This document shows positions 11,724 to 24,565 of a stretch of DNA of 54,113 nt, in pieces; the stretch's first letter is position 1; each line of letters opens with the position of its first letter. The notes under the pieces are model-generated. The model was not told where the DNA came from. It made no database searches and saw only the letters and a program-made list of their open reading frames with translations. This stretch comes from Ginglymostoma cirratum. Lineage: Eukaryota. The translations under genes and the position numbers were made by a program. The stretch is from contig JAHRHZ010000085.1 in assembly GCA_024137785.1 (NCBI GenBank), positions 2,670,057-2,724,169 on the forward strand, written 5' to 3'.

Positions 11724-14155
11724 AGATGTGGAGCTGGATGAACAGAGCAGGCCAAGCAGCATCATAGGAGCAGGAAAGCTTGACGTTTCGGGCCGAGACC
11801 CTTCATCAGAAATGGGGGAGGGGCAGAGAGTTCTGAAAAAAATAGGGAGAGAGGGGGAGGCGGATAGAAGATGGATAGAGGAGAGGATAGGTGGAGAGGA
11901 GACAGACAATTCAAAGAGGCGTGGATGGAGCCAGTAAAGGTGAGTGTAGGTGGGGAGACAGGGAGGAGATAGGTCAGTCCAGGGAGGACGGACAAGTCAA
12001 GGGGGCGGGCTGAGGTTAGTAGATTGGAGATGGGGGCACGGCTTGAGGTGGGAGGAGGGGACAGGGGAAAGGAAGAACAGATTAGGGAGGAGGGAACGAA
12101 CTGGGCTGGTTTTGGGAAGCGGTTGGGGGAGGGGAGATTTTGAAGCTTGTGAAATCCTGGTCGACCTATTGTCTCCGCCAGCTCCTGCCCCACCGAACTT
12201 ATCTCCCACCTACGTCGAGTCCATTTTCATCCCCTTGGTCCAGGAACTCCATACCTACATCCGTGACACCACCCACGCCATGAACCTCCTCCACAACTTC
12301 CAATTCCCCGGTCCCCAACACCTCATTTTTACTATGGATGTCCAGTCCCTATGCACCTGTATTCCTCATGCAGATGGCCTAAAGGCCCTGTGCTTCTTCC
12401 TGTCCGGCATACCTGACCAATCCCCCTCCACTGACACCATCATCCGCTTCACTGAACTCGTCCTCACCCTCAACAACTTCTCTATCAATTCCTACCACTT
12501 CCTACAAACAAAGGGGGTGCCCCTGGGTACCCGCATGGGCCCAAGCTATGCCTGCCACTTTGTAGTTTATGTCGAAAAATCCCTCTTCCGTACCTACACT
12601 GGCTCTAGACTCCACCTCTTCCTCCTTTACATTGATGGCTGCATCAACACCACCTCATGCTCTCACGAGGAGCTCGAACAGTTCATCCACTTCGCCAACA
12701 CCTTGCACCCCAACCTTAAGCTCACCTGGACCATCTCTAACACCCCTCTCCTCTTCCTGGACATCTCTGTCTCCATCTCGGGTAACCATCTCGGGTAACC
12801 ATCTTGAAACCGATATCCATTTCAAGCCCACCAACTCCCAATGCTACCTAGAATACACTTCCTCGGACCCACCTTCCTGCAAAAATGCCATCCCCTATTC
12901 CTAATTCCTTCGCCTCAGGTGCATCTGCTCCCAGGATGAGGCATTCCACTCTTGTCCAGCTGAGATGTCCTCGTTCTTCAAGGACTGCAACATCCCCCCC
13001 ACCACCCACCCCCCCGCAGTGGTCGAGAACGCGCTCGACCGTGTCTCCTGTAACTCCTCCTTCACACCCCATCCCCGAAATAACAACCGAAAAAGAATCC
13101 CCCTCGTCCTCACGTACCACCCCACCAACCTCTGGATCCAACGCATCATCCTCCGACACTTCCGCCATCTGCAATCTGACCCCACCTCCAAAGACATTTT
13201 TCCCTCTCCACCCTTGTCTGCTTTCCGGAGGGACCACTGTCTCCGTGCCTCCCTTGTCCGCTCCATACTCCCCTCCAGCGCCATCACACCCGGCACTTTT
13301 CCCTGCAACTGCAGGAGGTGCTACACCTGCCCCCACACCTCCTCCCTCACCCCAATCCCAGGCCCCAAGAAGACTTTCCACATCAAGCAGATGTTCATCT
13401 GCACATCTGCAAATATGGTACACTGCATCTGCTGTACCCGTTGTGGCCTCCTCTACATCGGGGAAACCGCTTGGGTACTGCTTTTCAGAACACATGCACT
13501 CGGTTCGCAACAGACAATTGCACCTCCCAGTCACAAACAATTTTAACTCCCCCTCCCATTCCTCAGACGACATGTCCATCCTGGGCCTCCTGCAGTGCCA
13601 CAATGATGCCACCCGAAGTCTGCAGGAACAGCAACTCATATTAAGCCCGGGAAACCTGCAGCCCAATGGTATCAATGTGGATTTCACAAGCTTCAAAATT
13701 TCACCTCCCCCAACTGCATCCCAATGCCAGCCCAGCTCGTCCCCGCCTCCCTAACCTGTTCTTCCTCTCACCTATCACTTCCTCCCACCTCAAGCCGCAC
13801 CCCCATCTCCAATCTACTAACATCATCCCGCCCCCTTAACCTGTCCGTTCGCCCTGGGCTGACCTATCTCCTCCCGACCTCCACACCTACACTCACCTTT
13901 ACTGGCTCCATGCCCGCGTCTTTGACTTGTCTGTATCGTCTCCACCTTTCCTCTCCTCTATCCATCTTCTATCCGCCTTTCCCTCTCTCCCTATTTATTT
14001 CAGAACCCTCTTCCCCTCCCCCATTTCTGACCAAGTGTCTCGGCCCGAAACGTCAAGCTTTTCTGCTCCTGTGATGCTGCTTGGCCTGCTGTGTTCATCC
14101 AGTGCCACACCTTGTTACCTCGGATTCTCCAGCATCTGCAGTTCCTATTATCTCT
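11724..14155 (+). mobile_element. Penelope-like retroelement: inverted 5' terminal repeat (11724-12156) plus degraded RT and GIY-YIG
   Basis: 'TMDVQSL', 'QTKGVPLGTRMGPSYA', 'LYIDG' RT motifs; 'VHCICC..LYIGET'; flanked by ctctagaaagtggca / ctctagagagtggca; absent from paralog at ~40385. Confidence 0.93.
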
Positions 14156-14703
14156 AGAGAGTGGCATTGTCCAGAACAAAGCAGCACAGTTAATCTGAAA
14201 ACATATTGTTTTAAATTATCATTTTACCTCACACGTCACAACAGCACTTCAGAAGGAAACAAACTGATCTAGACAGTCATTAACAGGCGTTTGTAAAGAC
14301 AGCGGATTAATATGAAAAGCACATATGAGCAGTAAACCAGCGATATGTTTAAACTGAAAACCTTCATTTCATACTACGCTTCCTTGTGAACATCTATATT
14401 AGAAAAGGATCACAACAAATAGAAGCAATCACCGTTTCTCAGCCTTTACATGTTTCTAGATCCTTTCAAGCCATGGAGTTGATGGATTCACAAGACCGAA
14501 AATACTCAATGCGATTTCCTTATGATGAGAGCATTTCTCGACAGAACTATGGTGGAACATTGGAAAGAAGGTCGCTGAAGCGCCAGAACAATGAGATAAA
14601 TGAATCATTCAATAACCAGTTTGTTTGTCACGTCGATTGATGAAACAATGTCACAAATTACAAGAATTCGAAGTATACTTAAACACAATAACGTAACGAA
14701 CCC

Positions 14704-14840
14704 GAGATAACAAGGTGTCGAGCTGGACGAACAAATGACAGCTTTCCCGCTCCTCTGATGCTGCCTGGCCTGCTATGTTCATCCAGCTCTACACCTTGTT
14801 ATCTCAGATTCTCCAGCATCTGCAGTTCCTGCTATCTCTA
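14704..14840. mobile_element. Hairpin Penelope terminal insertion with 14-bp TSD
   Basis: gagataacaaggtgtcgagctgga / tccagctctacaccttgttatctc arms; aacgtaacgaaccc on both sides; empty site at ~40925. Confidence 0.85.
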
Positions 14841-15271
14841 AAACAACGTAACGAACCCAACAGGAAGATCAAGTGCTCTCGATTTTAAATTTGTAAAGAC
14901 ATTTAACAAGTAATAAGAAAAGGGATTTCGGCAGGGTAATCTGATATTGCTGCTCAGTTCTTGAGGAAATATGGGGTGAGAGATTTATATTTGAGCCTCA
15001 CTTTCCTGCTTGCATTCCAGGATGTAGCAGCAGTTTCGCCTCCATGTCCTTCAACTTGGTACATTTGCATTCTGCTGCAAAATCACAGCATTTCAGTTTA
15101 AGAAGCTAACAACACTGAAAACCAAAAGCACTTCTCGGTGTCTGCCGAACAAGGAGCCATCAAATCAAATCATACTATCGAGGATTCAGTGTGAAGCATT
15201 GCAGATTACAGAACTTCAATTGCACATCTGAGCAAAGACAACTTGTGAAAGGGACAAAGGTGTCTGTCATG

Positions 15272-15467
15272 ACTTGGTACAAAAATGGTACAAACATATT
15301 GACAGGATTTAGGAATGAACAGCAGGCAAAACCTGACGATCGTTATGAAGTCGTCAGCACCTTGGAGTTGCAAGAGGCAGTTGAGAGCGGGACGGTTTAC
15401 ACCTGTCAAGTATATCACGTTTCAAGCTCATTTTCATCATATGCCAGCTATACTGTGACAAATAAAG
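15272..15467 (+). CDS. Copy M C1 exon remnant (3' part)
   Basis: TWYKNG..YEVVSTLEL..YTCQVYHVSS..NK G|gtacca; upstream sequence matches non-coding 41270-41347. Confidence 0.85.
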
Positions 15468-15807
15468 GTACCATTTCATAATATGTAATACCTTGAATGC
15501 TCACTTATCATTCAAAATGGGTAAATATGTAGAAAGTGATTATGGCAGTTATTTGCATGTGATAACATCAAAATACAGTTATTTGTATGTGATTAAGTCA
15601 AAGTTGAAACCAGGCCCGATTGTATGGATTTCAGTTTTCTATCTTCACGCTGTTTGGAGCTGATATGTCGTTATCACATGTGACTTTATTAGATGAGGCA
15701 TTAGCCCTCAACAATGGCCACATAATTATTTTCTGCATATACTGATGACTCGCAAAGGGCCACACGATCAATGTTAATTCTTCACAAAAGGTGAACAATA
15801 TTGAATT

Positions 15808-16380
15808 TGGTCAGGCCACATGTGAAGTTACTGTGTGCAGTTCTGGTCACCTTACTACAAAAGGGATTTTATGAAACTAGAAAGAGTGCAGAAAATATTT
15901 CCTCGGATACAACGTGGAATGGAAGGTTTGAGTTACAAGGAGAGGGTGGATAGGCTGGGGCTGTTTTTTTCTCACCTGGTGAGTAGCAGACTGAAGGGTG
16001 ACCTTTTAGAGGTCTATACAATCATGAGAGGCAGCGACAGGTAGATAGCTAACAGCTCTTCCACATGGTAACGGAATCTAAAACTAGAGGGCAATCGTTT
16101 AAGGTGAGAGGAAACAGACACAAAAGAGTCCAGTGCAGCATTTTTTTTCACACAGTGATGAGTATGGTGAGTCTTGAATGGGCTGTCGGTGGTAGTGGTG
16201 GAAGCGAGCACCGTATTGTCATTTCAGGAACATTGGAACAGGTAAATGGATGGGTTAGGCATGGAGGGACATGAATGAAATACAGCAACTGGGACTAGTT
16301 TAATTGTGAAAACTGGTCAACACAGAAAAGCTGGGATGAAGGATCTGTTTCTATGCTGTAAATCTCTATTACTCTATGAT
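15808..16380 (+). mobile_element. CR1-type LINE 3' fragment (intronic, shared with copy B)
   Basis: 'QFWSPYYKRDFMKLERVQK..GLSYKERVDRLGLF'; corresponding insertion at 44648. Confidence 0.9.
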
Positions 16381-16930
16381 ATAGCTGCACTCAACCAGCA
16401 ACTGCAGTTTAATTCCCCATTCGTCAGTGTGCCACGTACTTGATTAATTGCTGAACTTTGATCCATAGCTGATTGGGTTGTAGCTGCAGAGAGATTAAAA
16501 TTATTTTAACTGAAGTTTACCTCCACGTGAAACTGAAGGAAATCTGGAAGCAGGTTCGATGATCTATTTTTTCAGACATTTTGCACGCAATCCAATTCAA
16601 CTCCCGCCAAATGATTTAATATTTTGTGACATAGCTTCGAGAACTGAACACTAATTGCAATTAGCTCTGTTTCCATTAATTTCAAATGTGTCATTATTTG
16701 AGGTACTTTCATCATTTGCCTACTTCTGTAAATTCCAGAGAATTTGTGTCTGACTGCAGAGGGATCAGTTGAACAAAGGGACCAAAAAAATTGAAATGCT
16801 GAGACTCTATCTACTATATTTGTCATATTTACAAGGCAGTACAATTGAGAATTATGCACATGACATTTTAACCTGTGTATCTTCAGTTTATATTGTCACT
16901 CCTGAATTTGACTGTACATTAACATTACAG

Positions 16931-17044
16931 ATTTTGCCTCAAAAATCAGCATTACTATGGCCGCTGGTTGTGCTGCTGGTGCATTTGCAATTCTAATATT
17001 GGTCGCAATGATTGCCAAGGGTTTTCTGTTCTTTACATCCAAAG
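16931..17044 (+). CDS. Copy M transmembrane exon (uncharged core)
   Basis: ttacag|AT..AAAG|gtatga; DFASKISITMAAGCAAGAFAILILVAMIAKGFLFFTSK; 114 nt, phase 1-1. Confidence 0.85.
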
Positions 17045-17461
17045 GTATGAACAGGGATAAAAGGTCTCGTTGAAATTAACACAATTGGGAACTGAACTTC
17101 TGAACTATGTAACTTAAGCAACTATTTTGTGTGAAAACTCATTCAAATGTATACCTTACTTCACATCAAATTAAAAAATAAGAAGATTTGCAGCTTCAGT
17201 TTGCGAAGTTGTACTGGTGTAGGTCAAAATTATGATTGTGAAATTCATTGCTGAAAGATGTTTCATAGCTTCAACCCTCAAAACATAAATTCAAAGCATC
17301 TATGTGTAACATTTAGAGCTACATTGTGAAACTGTTGGTCCTGTTATACCCCGTTTATAATTGCCAAATATTAGCTGACTTGCTTTTGGTCTCTTTGGTT
17401 TGTTGTTGTGTACAAATATCAAACATTTTTGTTGTCAACTTATGTAATTTTTATTTCTCAG

Positions 17462-17508
17462 GACGGGGAACGAAAATATCAATAAATCCAACTCAGCAAG
17501 AAGATGTG
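17462..17508 (+). CDS. Copy M cytoplasmic exon 1
   Basis: ttctcag|GA..GATGTG|gtgagg; GRGTKISINPTQQEDV; phase 1-0. Confidence 0.75.
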
Positions 17509-19175
17509 GTGAGGCAATTTTCCTTTAATCTATATATTTTAATTTTCAAGTCTCATTGAACAATTTAAACTTGGAATCTTCATATGACTTTTGTCTTGAA
17601 GATTTCATCAGCTGTCAAAAGCATAATTTCAGCTGAATAAAAACAAAATAAAGGAAATAGGATATCATGGGAAGTTTCACAAACTGTTGTGACTATTTTA
17701 TATCATCACACGTGTTTATAAATGTGTAAGCTATATCAATTAACTTTTGCTGATGCTTTCAACTATCAATCATAGGTTTGAAGCTGACAGACAACTTTGA
17801 TTTTTCTTTTCTTTCATTATTAACCAATGACAGTGTGCTGAATAATTCTGCCACATTGATTACAGACATTATAATCAACGTCGATTGCATTGAGCTGATG
17901 ACTATTTTGAATGGTAATTGCAAAGCGAGATGCTTGTTATCTTCTTCCTTTCTACGCCGTTCAAAATTAGCTCATGCATTCGTCTCACTTCAGTGATTAT
18001 GTCTGACTTCAACCAGTAGAAGCCCGTACCAAAGAACTTAATATAGTTTGCAGACAGCTTGCACAAGTTGGCTTCCTTAAATAACTTTTACAGGAGGCTG
18101 CCCCTCTGCTGGTGCAGCGTGCTGCAACTGCATGCTACCTTGAAACAGAAATAGTCGAACTGCTGTGAGGAAATCTTGTCTTATCTTTAATTTTCAAAAA
18201 TTGGATCTCATTGACATGTGAGAGGAAACTCCCTATCTATTGACTAATTCAGTAATAACTGAGAACAGTTTGTTCAAACTCTCAAAAAAGTAAATCTTTG
18301 TTGCCGGCTTCAGAGTGCGCAATTGAATGACACATGTGGTTCTTAACTGTGAATGAATGCATTGCATACCAGCAGATTCAATCACTTTAAATGCATTTTT
18401 AAAGCTTTTGAAGTTTTTAAATGAATTCAATGGCTTTATTGTCTCAGTTTCGGTGGAGGGTCCAAACTCGCCTTTTTAAAGAAATTTCCCCGAAATCCCT
18501 CCCTGACAACAATGTAACTAAACTGCCTGGACTGCAGGAAATCAAGAAAGCTGGTGAACTTCTGGGGTCTTAATAGTCAGCAGGTACTGGCACCAAATAC
18601 GGGTCTTGTCACCGAGGCTCTCGTGCCATTAAAAATAGTTCGTGGTGCAGAAAAGTCTCATTTCTGTACTGGAGGTGCAGCAAAAGTTAAATTTCTTTCT
18701 TGGAGTCTTCACAAAACCGGAACAAAGTGTTTATTCAATTACTGCATGTCTTTCTGTGAAACGTTGCAGCTGCACTGTTGTTGGTAACGGAATCAAGTCC
18801 TCTGATGTCCAGGTGCGATGCTTAGCCTGTGTTTCATTTTTTGATAAACAGTGGATCAGATCAAAAGAGAAGACAAAATTATCTGTGATTGAGAAATACC
18901 TCACAGAATATCAAAGAGTACCTTTTACAGCAATGAAATATTGTGGTTTACTTTTCAGACAAAAGCGCACTGTACTTGTCACATTTTTTCTTTGTCACTA
19001 ACCTGAACTTGTTCCTCCCTAAATAGTTCACACATTTTCTAATTTAAAACATCAATAATTTTCTTTAAAATGCTTTGAAAATGCCTGCGCCTTGGTGTTC
19101 ACTTCAGGCTTCAATGTGTTCATTTATTACCATTTAAATGGCCGATCCAAATAATTACCTTCCTTTATTCAGAAG

Positions 19176-19215
19176 GGAGCAGAGAGATTCTAAAGTTAAT
19201 TTCCAAATAGCAGTG
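19176..19215 (+). CDS. Copy M cytoplasmic exon 2 (2 nt short)
   Basis: Homologous to the 42-nt exon at 48994-49035; strong gtaagt donor. Confidence 0.55.
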
Positions 19216-19699
19216 GTAAGTACATTTGTTCCTTTTCTCTAATTGACTTACTAATGTAACAAATGTAACATGAGAGAATGTTCTGTCAAAACCTGCATCA
19301 TACACCCTCTGAATGAAAGGTGTTACTAAGTTCTTTCAAGTAATTGCCACTTTAACTGTACTGAATACTCAATTTGTAGCAGAATACAATAAAATAGAAA
19401 GCCATCTATCAGAATTCAAAAACGTAATTAATTAAACTGATACATGCAGCCTTATCTTCTGCATAATTAAAACTATGTTAAGATCAATAAATTTGAGAAA
19501 AATATCGTTTGCTTGTTGTTTCGAAGTGTGATGCTCCTGGCAAGAAAAAGTTCAGAGTGAGAAACTATAAAGTGTTGTGATTGTAATGAAGTGCTCGCAA
19601 AGATCGTGCAACAAACTGTTTGTCCCTGTTAAGAATGTACGCTTGTCGCTTGACTCCGAAGTAAAATAACCGAATGAACGTTAAATCTTGACTTTGTAG

Positions 19700-19810
19700 A
19701 GAAAACGAGAGCTGTCTGAGGATAAACTGACATATGCTGCTCTTAATCGAGTTGGTTCTGAGGATGGCTTAATGCCGAAACAACAGGAAGAAATCACAAT
19801 GTATACAGAG
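19700..19810 (+). CDS. Copy M cytoplasmic exon 3 with ITIM
   Basis: tttgtag|RKRELSEDKLTYAALNRVGSEDGLMPKQQEEITMYTE|gtatat; 111 nt. Confidence 0.85.
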
Positions 19811-19953
19811 GTATATTTCAGGTCATATGTGTAAATACTCAGTTTATTCATCAGAACGCGTTGATCTGGAGGTGATGTTGAAAATTGCTTTGTGTAATTT
19901 TCATCTAGAATGATTTAAATGAATGGTAATTCAGTCTCAGTGTTATTTTTCAG

Positions 19954-20082
19954 ACAAAATGCTGCATGACAGACAGCAGGCTGACTTACCTTGCTCTGAA
20001 ATTCAATGATTCCAGTACATCATCGAAATCCAAACACCAAGAAAAAAGTCCAGTGTATGCAGCGGTGAAAAGCAGCCGCTAA
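19954..20082 (+). CDS. Copy M terminal exon with ITIM and ITIM-like motif
   Basis: tttttcag|TKCCMTDSRLTYLALKFNDSSTSSKSKHQEKSPVYAAVKSSR*. Confidence 0.85.
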   Translation, partial: TKCCMTDSRLTYLALKFNDSSTSSKSKHQEKSPVYAAVKSSR

Positions 20083-20892
20083 ATTGGCAAACAAAAATAC
20101 TCTTAAAAGGTAGAAGCCCCCAATGTATCACAGAGACTTTTATGTTTCTTATCAATTTTAAGCTGTTATTTTCCTCATGTCAGTCAGGCATAATTTTGCA
20201 AAATAGTGGATGAATTTCTTCCCTTCAAGTCATGTCATCTGGATCCATTTTGTTTTCGCTTGAAAACTCACGCAACAGTTGCAACTAAAAATCGCAATTC
20301 AATTATTTCCAACTGTCAAGGATCTCCTTATTCCCTTTAAATCTGCACAAAGTTTGACATAATAATCATTAAAATTATTTTCGAGAATGTTTCTCAGTGG
20401 TTGTATGCCGTTAAATGTTTATAATTCCGTTTGTACTGGTAACACGATGTTTTCATTCACTTTCTCCAGTCACTGCGTTTTGATCCAGAAATGATGGGCT
20501 TTACTGTGACAAATTTTCACAGGGTTTCTGTTGGTTAATTATCTTCAACTTGTTTATGTTTCACTGTCTTTTCTGCCATGAATTGATATTTCGTTCTGCT
20601 TTCATTGTGCCAGTGGTTGTAATCCAGTTTGTCCTCTTGCTGTTCCTCTGAAAATGCTTGTGTGCTTTTCCATATGGAGAAAGCTAAAGAGATGTGATCG
20701 CTAATCTGCATGGTATTTTGATGGTTCATTTTGCTTAGTTAATTTGCTTAAGTTAATAATTGGCAGTTTCTTCTTCTTGGACAGCTGGAAAGAGAAACAG
20801 GTAGATTGATTGAAACATATAAAATCTTCAGGGATCTTGATAAGATAGATGTGGAGATGTTTCCTCCTGTGGGAAAACTAGCACGAGGGAAG

Positions 20893-21590
20893 AGAGATAA
20901 AAGGTACTGCAGATGCTGCAGAATTCGAGATAACAAGCAGGGGGCTGGATGAACACAGCAGGTCAAGCAGCATCATAGGAGCAGGAAAACTTGACGTTTC
21001 GGGCCTAACCCCTTCATCAGAAATGGGGGAGGGGAAGAGGGTTCTGAAATAAATAGGGAGAGAGGGGGAGGTGGATAGAGGATGGATAGAGGAGAGGATA
21101 GGTGGAGAGGAGGCAGACAAGTCGAAGAGGCGGGGATGGAGCCAGTAAAAGTGAGTGTAGGTAGGGGGGTAGGGAGGAGATGGGTCAGTCCAGGGAGGAC
21201 GGACAGGTCAAGGGGGCGGGATGATGTTAGTAGATAGGAGATGGGGGTGTGGCTTGGGGTGAGAGGAAAAACAGGTTAGGGAGGTGGAGATGAGCTGGGC
21301 TGGTTTTGGGATGCGGTTGGGGGAGGGGAGATTTTGAAGTTTGTGAAATCCACATTGATGCCATTAGGCTGCAGGGTTCCCAGGCTGAATATGATTTGCT
21401 GTTCCTGCAGCCTTCGGGTGGCATCACTGTGGCATTGTAGGAGGCCATGGATGGACATGTCATCTGAGGAATGGGAAGGGGAGTTGAAATGGTTCGCGAC
21501 TGGGAGGTGCAGTTGTTTGTTGCGAACTGAGCTCGGGTGTTCTGCAAAGCGGTCACCAAGCCTCCGCTTGGTTTCCCCGATGTGGAGCAC
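20893..21590 (-). mobile_element. Penelope-like element 3' part
   Basis: ORF 21276-21647 'HIGETKRRLGDRFAEH'; close match to 70-1052. Confidence 0.92.
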
Positions 21591-21796
21591 TAGGGAACAT
21601 GGTTTTAAAAAAATCAGAGGTTGACCGTTTAAAACAGCATTACACATATATTTGTTTCAGAGATCTAGGAGTTTTTGTGACACTCTTCCTCAAAAGATCG
21701 AGGAAACGAGGTTCTTGAATATTTTAACGTCACAGATTGATAGATTCTGGTGGAGAAAAGAGGTGAAAGGTTATAAGGGTACTGTTTGAATGTGTC

Positions 21797-22668
21797 ATAT
21801 TCCCGTCCCCTCCCTTGTCCGCCTTCTGCAGGGATCGTTCCCTCCGGGACACCCTGGTCCATACTTCTTTCAGCCCCAAAACCTCCCCACAGCCCTCTGG
21901 CACCTTCCCCTGTAACTGGCGAAGGTGCAACACCTGCACATTTACCTCCTCCCTCCCCATTATCCAAGGGCCCAAACATACCGTCCAGGTGAAGCAACAC
22001 TTCACCTGCACTTCCAAGAATCTAGGCGACTGCATTCGCTGCTCACAGAGTGGTCTCCTCTACATTGGGGAAATGAAGCGTAGACTTGACGACCGCTTCA
22101 CAGGACATCTACGTTCTGCTCGCAAAAAAGACCCTGAACGACCTTTGCCTGCCACTTCAATGCACCACCTTGCTCCCTGGCCAACATCCCTGTCTCCGGC
22201 TTGCTACAGTGTTCCAGTGTAGCCCAGCTCAAGCTGGAGGAACAACACCTCATTTTCCACTTGGGGACCCTGCAGCCCTCTGGACTCAATATTGAGTTCA
22301 ATAATTTTAGGTCCTAAACTCTTCCGTGTCCTAGCCGGCCACCCTACACACCCCCTGTTGTTAGTCACTAACACTCCCCATTAACAACTATTTACCCTCC
22401 CAGCCTGATCTTTAGCAACTCCTCTGTCTGTCCAATTGCCTTTGTCGCTCTTTGGGCTCTCTGCTATCATTTACTCCCTACCCACAAACCTCCCTATTTG
22501 CTGCACCTGAACTGACGTTTTCCCAGCCACCATCAGTTCTGAGGAAGGGTCACAGGACCTAAAGCTTTTACTCTGTTTTCTCCTCTACAGATGCTGCCAG
22601 ACCTGCTGAGCTTTTCCAGCAACTATGTTTTTGTTCCTGATTTACAGCATCCGCAGTTCTTTTGGTTT
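21797..22668 (+). mobile_element. Penelope-like element, second subfamily, 3' part
   Basis: 'SAFCRDRSLRDTLV..GTFPC..RRCNTC..LYIGEMKRRL'; tail with degenerate ctgaggaagggtc hammerhead. Confidence 0.88.
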
Positions 22669-24020
22669 TTAAGGTTTTCTTGGAGCCTCGGTTGGGAGTG
22701 AGGGGAAAGGTGCAGGAGCAGCTGTAGCACTTCCTGTGGTTGCAGGGGAAAGTGCCAGCGGTGGTGGGGCTGGTGGGGAATCTGGAGCAGACAAGGGAGT
22801 CACAGAGACAGCGGTCCCTCTAGAAAGCAGATAAGGGTGAGGAGGGAAAAATGTCCTTGGTAGTGGGGTCAGATTGCATGTGGCGGAAGTGCTGGAGGAT
22901 GATGCGTTGAATCCGGAGGTTCGTGGGGTGGTACGTGAGGACGAAGGGGATTCTGTTTTGGTTGTTATTGTGGGGGGGTTGGGTGTGAGGGAACAATTGC
23001 GGGAAACACGAGAGATGCGGTGGAGGGCATTTTCAACCACTGTGGATGGGAAGTTGCAGTCCTAGAAAAACGAGGACATCTGGGATGTCCGGGAGTGGAA
23101 TGCGTCATCTCGGGAGCAGATGCGGCGGAGGCGAAGGATTTGGGAATAGGGGATGGCACTTTTGCAGGAAGATGGGTGAGAGGAGGTGTATTTTCGGTAG
23201 CTGTGGGAGTCCGTGGGCATGAAATAGATATCGGTTTCCAGATGGTTGCCAGAGATGGAAGCAGAGAGGTCCAGGAAGGAGACACAGGAATCAGAGATGG
23301 TCCAGGTGAACTTAAGGTTGGGGTGGAAGGTGTTAGTAAAGTGGATTAGTACGAGGTAATCGTGGGATCACGAGGCTGCGCCGATACAGTCGTCGATATA
23401 ACAGAAGAAGAGTTGGGGATTGGGGCCAGTGTTGCTTTGGGAGAGGGATTGTTCTCCATATCCTACAAAGAAGCAGGCATAGCTTGGGCTCATGCGGGTA
23501 CCCATGGTCACCCCCTTTGCAGGAAGTGGGAAGAATTGAAAGAGAAGTTGTTAAGGATGAGGACTAGTTCGGATCAGCAGATAAGGGGTAGTTGGAGGAG
23601 GACTGATCGGGCCTGCGGGGGAGGAAGAAGTGGAAAGCCTTTAGGCCATCTGCATGGGGAATGCAAGTATATAGGAACTGGATGTTCATGGTGAAGATGA
23701 GGTGTTGGGGACCAAGGAATTGTAAGTTTTGGAGGAGGTGGAGGGAGTGGGTGGTGTCACGGACATAGGTGGGAAGTCCCTGGACCAGGGGGCAGAAAAT
23801 GGAGTCGAGATAAATGGAGATAAGTTCGGTGGGGCAGGAGGAGGCGGAGACAATGGGTCGACCAGGGCAGTCAAGTTTGTGGATTTTGGGAAGGAGATAG
23901 AAATAGGCGGTGCGGGGTTGGGGAACGATGAGGTTGGAGGCTGTGGTTGGGAGGTCATCTGAGCTGATGAGGTTGTGAATGGTCTGGGAGATGATGCTTT
24001 GGTGTTTGGGGGTGGGGACA
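22669..24020 (-). mobile_element. Penelope-like element RT fragment
   Basis: 'FYLLPKIHKLDCPGRPIVS..YVRDTTH..FTMNIQFLYTCIP' (ORF 23564-24043). Confidence 0.92.
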
Positions 24021-24214
24021 ATATCTATTTGCTCAACACTCATGTGTTAAAATGTTAATGTATGCTTGAATTTTGTCTAAAAACGGCTGCTTTTGAGCCG
24101 TGATTTTGGGATTCTATTTCGACTTACATTGTGCTGTGGTGAATGTACAATAAAAAAAGTTATTTTCGCTTCTCACTGATCCTAGTCGTCTGCTTCTTTG
24201 AACGCGATCTCACA
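24021..24214 (+). repeat. ERV 5' LTR (truncated)
   Basis: 24105-24214 matches 28131-28239; AATAAA; ends gatctcaCA just before the PBS. Confidence 0.8.
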
Positions 24215-24217
24215 AGT

Positions 24218-24235
24218 TGGCGTAGTCGGCAGGAT
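24218..24235 (+). promoter_or_regulatory. Primer-binding site, tRNA-Ser
   Basis: TGGCGTAGTCGGCAGGAT, complement of the 3' 18 nt of vertebrate tRNA-Ser(AGA/TGA), 3 nt after the LTR end. Confidence 0.88.
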
Positions 24236-24565
24236 TCTGGGGACACTGTCAAACCTGTCTGGTCACGGACACTAGCAGGAGGTAAGCAGCACCCTTCTGT
24301 GTCGTGATCTAGTCTCTGAAAGCATCCTGAACCTCTCGTGAGTGAGCTATGATTTTGGACCCCTCACGCCTTCAGCTGGAAGGCTCAAACTCGGCCAAAA
24401 CAGGTCTAGAACAAGGTGTCCACGGCAAGAAATTGTCCACAGCGCGTGATTTTGGCTCGTGATGTGTGACCCCAGCAAGCTGTCGACAACCTCCAAAGGT
24501 AGACCTTCCCCATCCTCCTCCCATGTCGATTCCGCCCTCCCCAACCTGAAATAACAGAGGACGGA

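Larger units (their letters stand above)
15272..20082 (+). pseudogene. SIRP-like inhibitory receptor, copy M (5'-deleted: half C1, TM, four cytoplasmic exons)
   Basis: Exons 15272-15467, 16931-17044, 17462-17508, ~19176-19215, 19700-19810, 19954-20082; leader and V missing relative to B. Confidence 0.8.
7792..20785 (+). repeat. Segmental duplication unit containing copy M (paralog of 34502-50585)
   Basis: Collinear similarity across intergenic, intronic and exonic sequence, e.g. 11090 vs 39764, 14470 vs 40704, 20730 vs 50540. Confidence 0.9.

Noticed and set aside
12848-13754. Long Pro/Ser- or Gly-rich ORFs
   Set aside because: Alternative and antisense frames of the C-rich Penelope element
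15191-15481. 96-aa ORF as a complete Ig domain
   Set aside because: The N-terminal part is non-coding upstream DNA fused by the deletion; no ATG or acceptor support
18040-18170. Weak histone H2A-like peptide (AAPLLVQRAATACYLETEIVELL), paralog at ~46870-46990
   Set aside because: Short, interrupted by stops and poorly conserved between the two copies; would need an HMM hit
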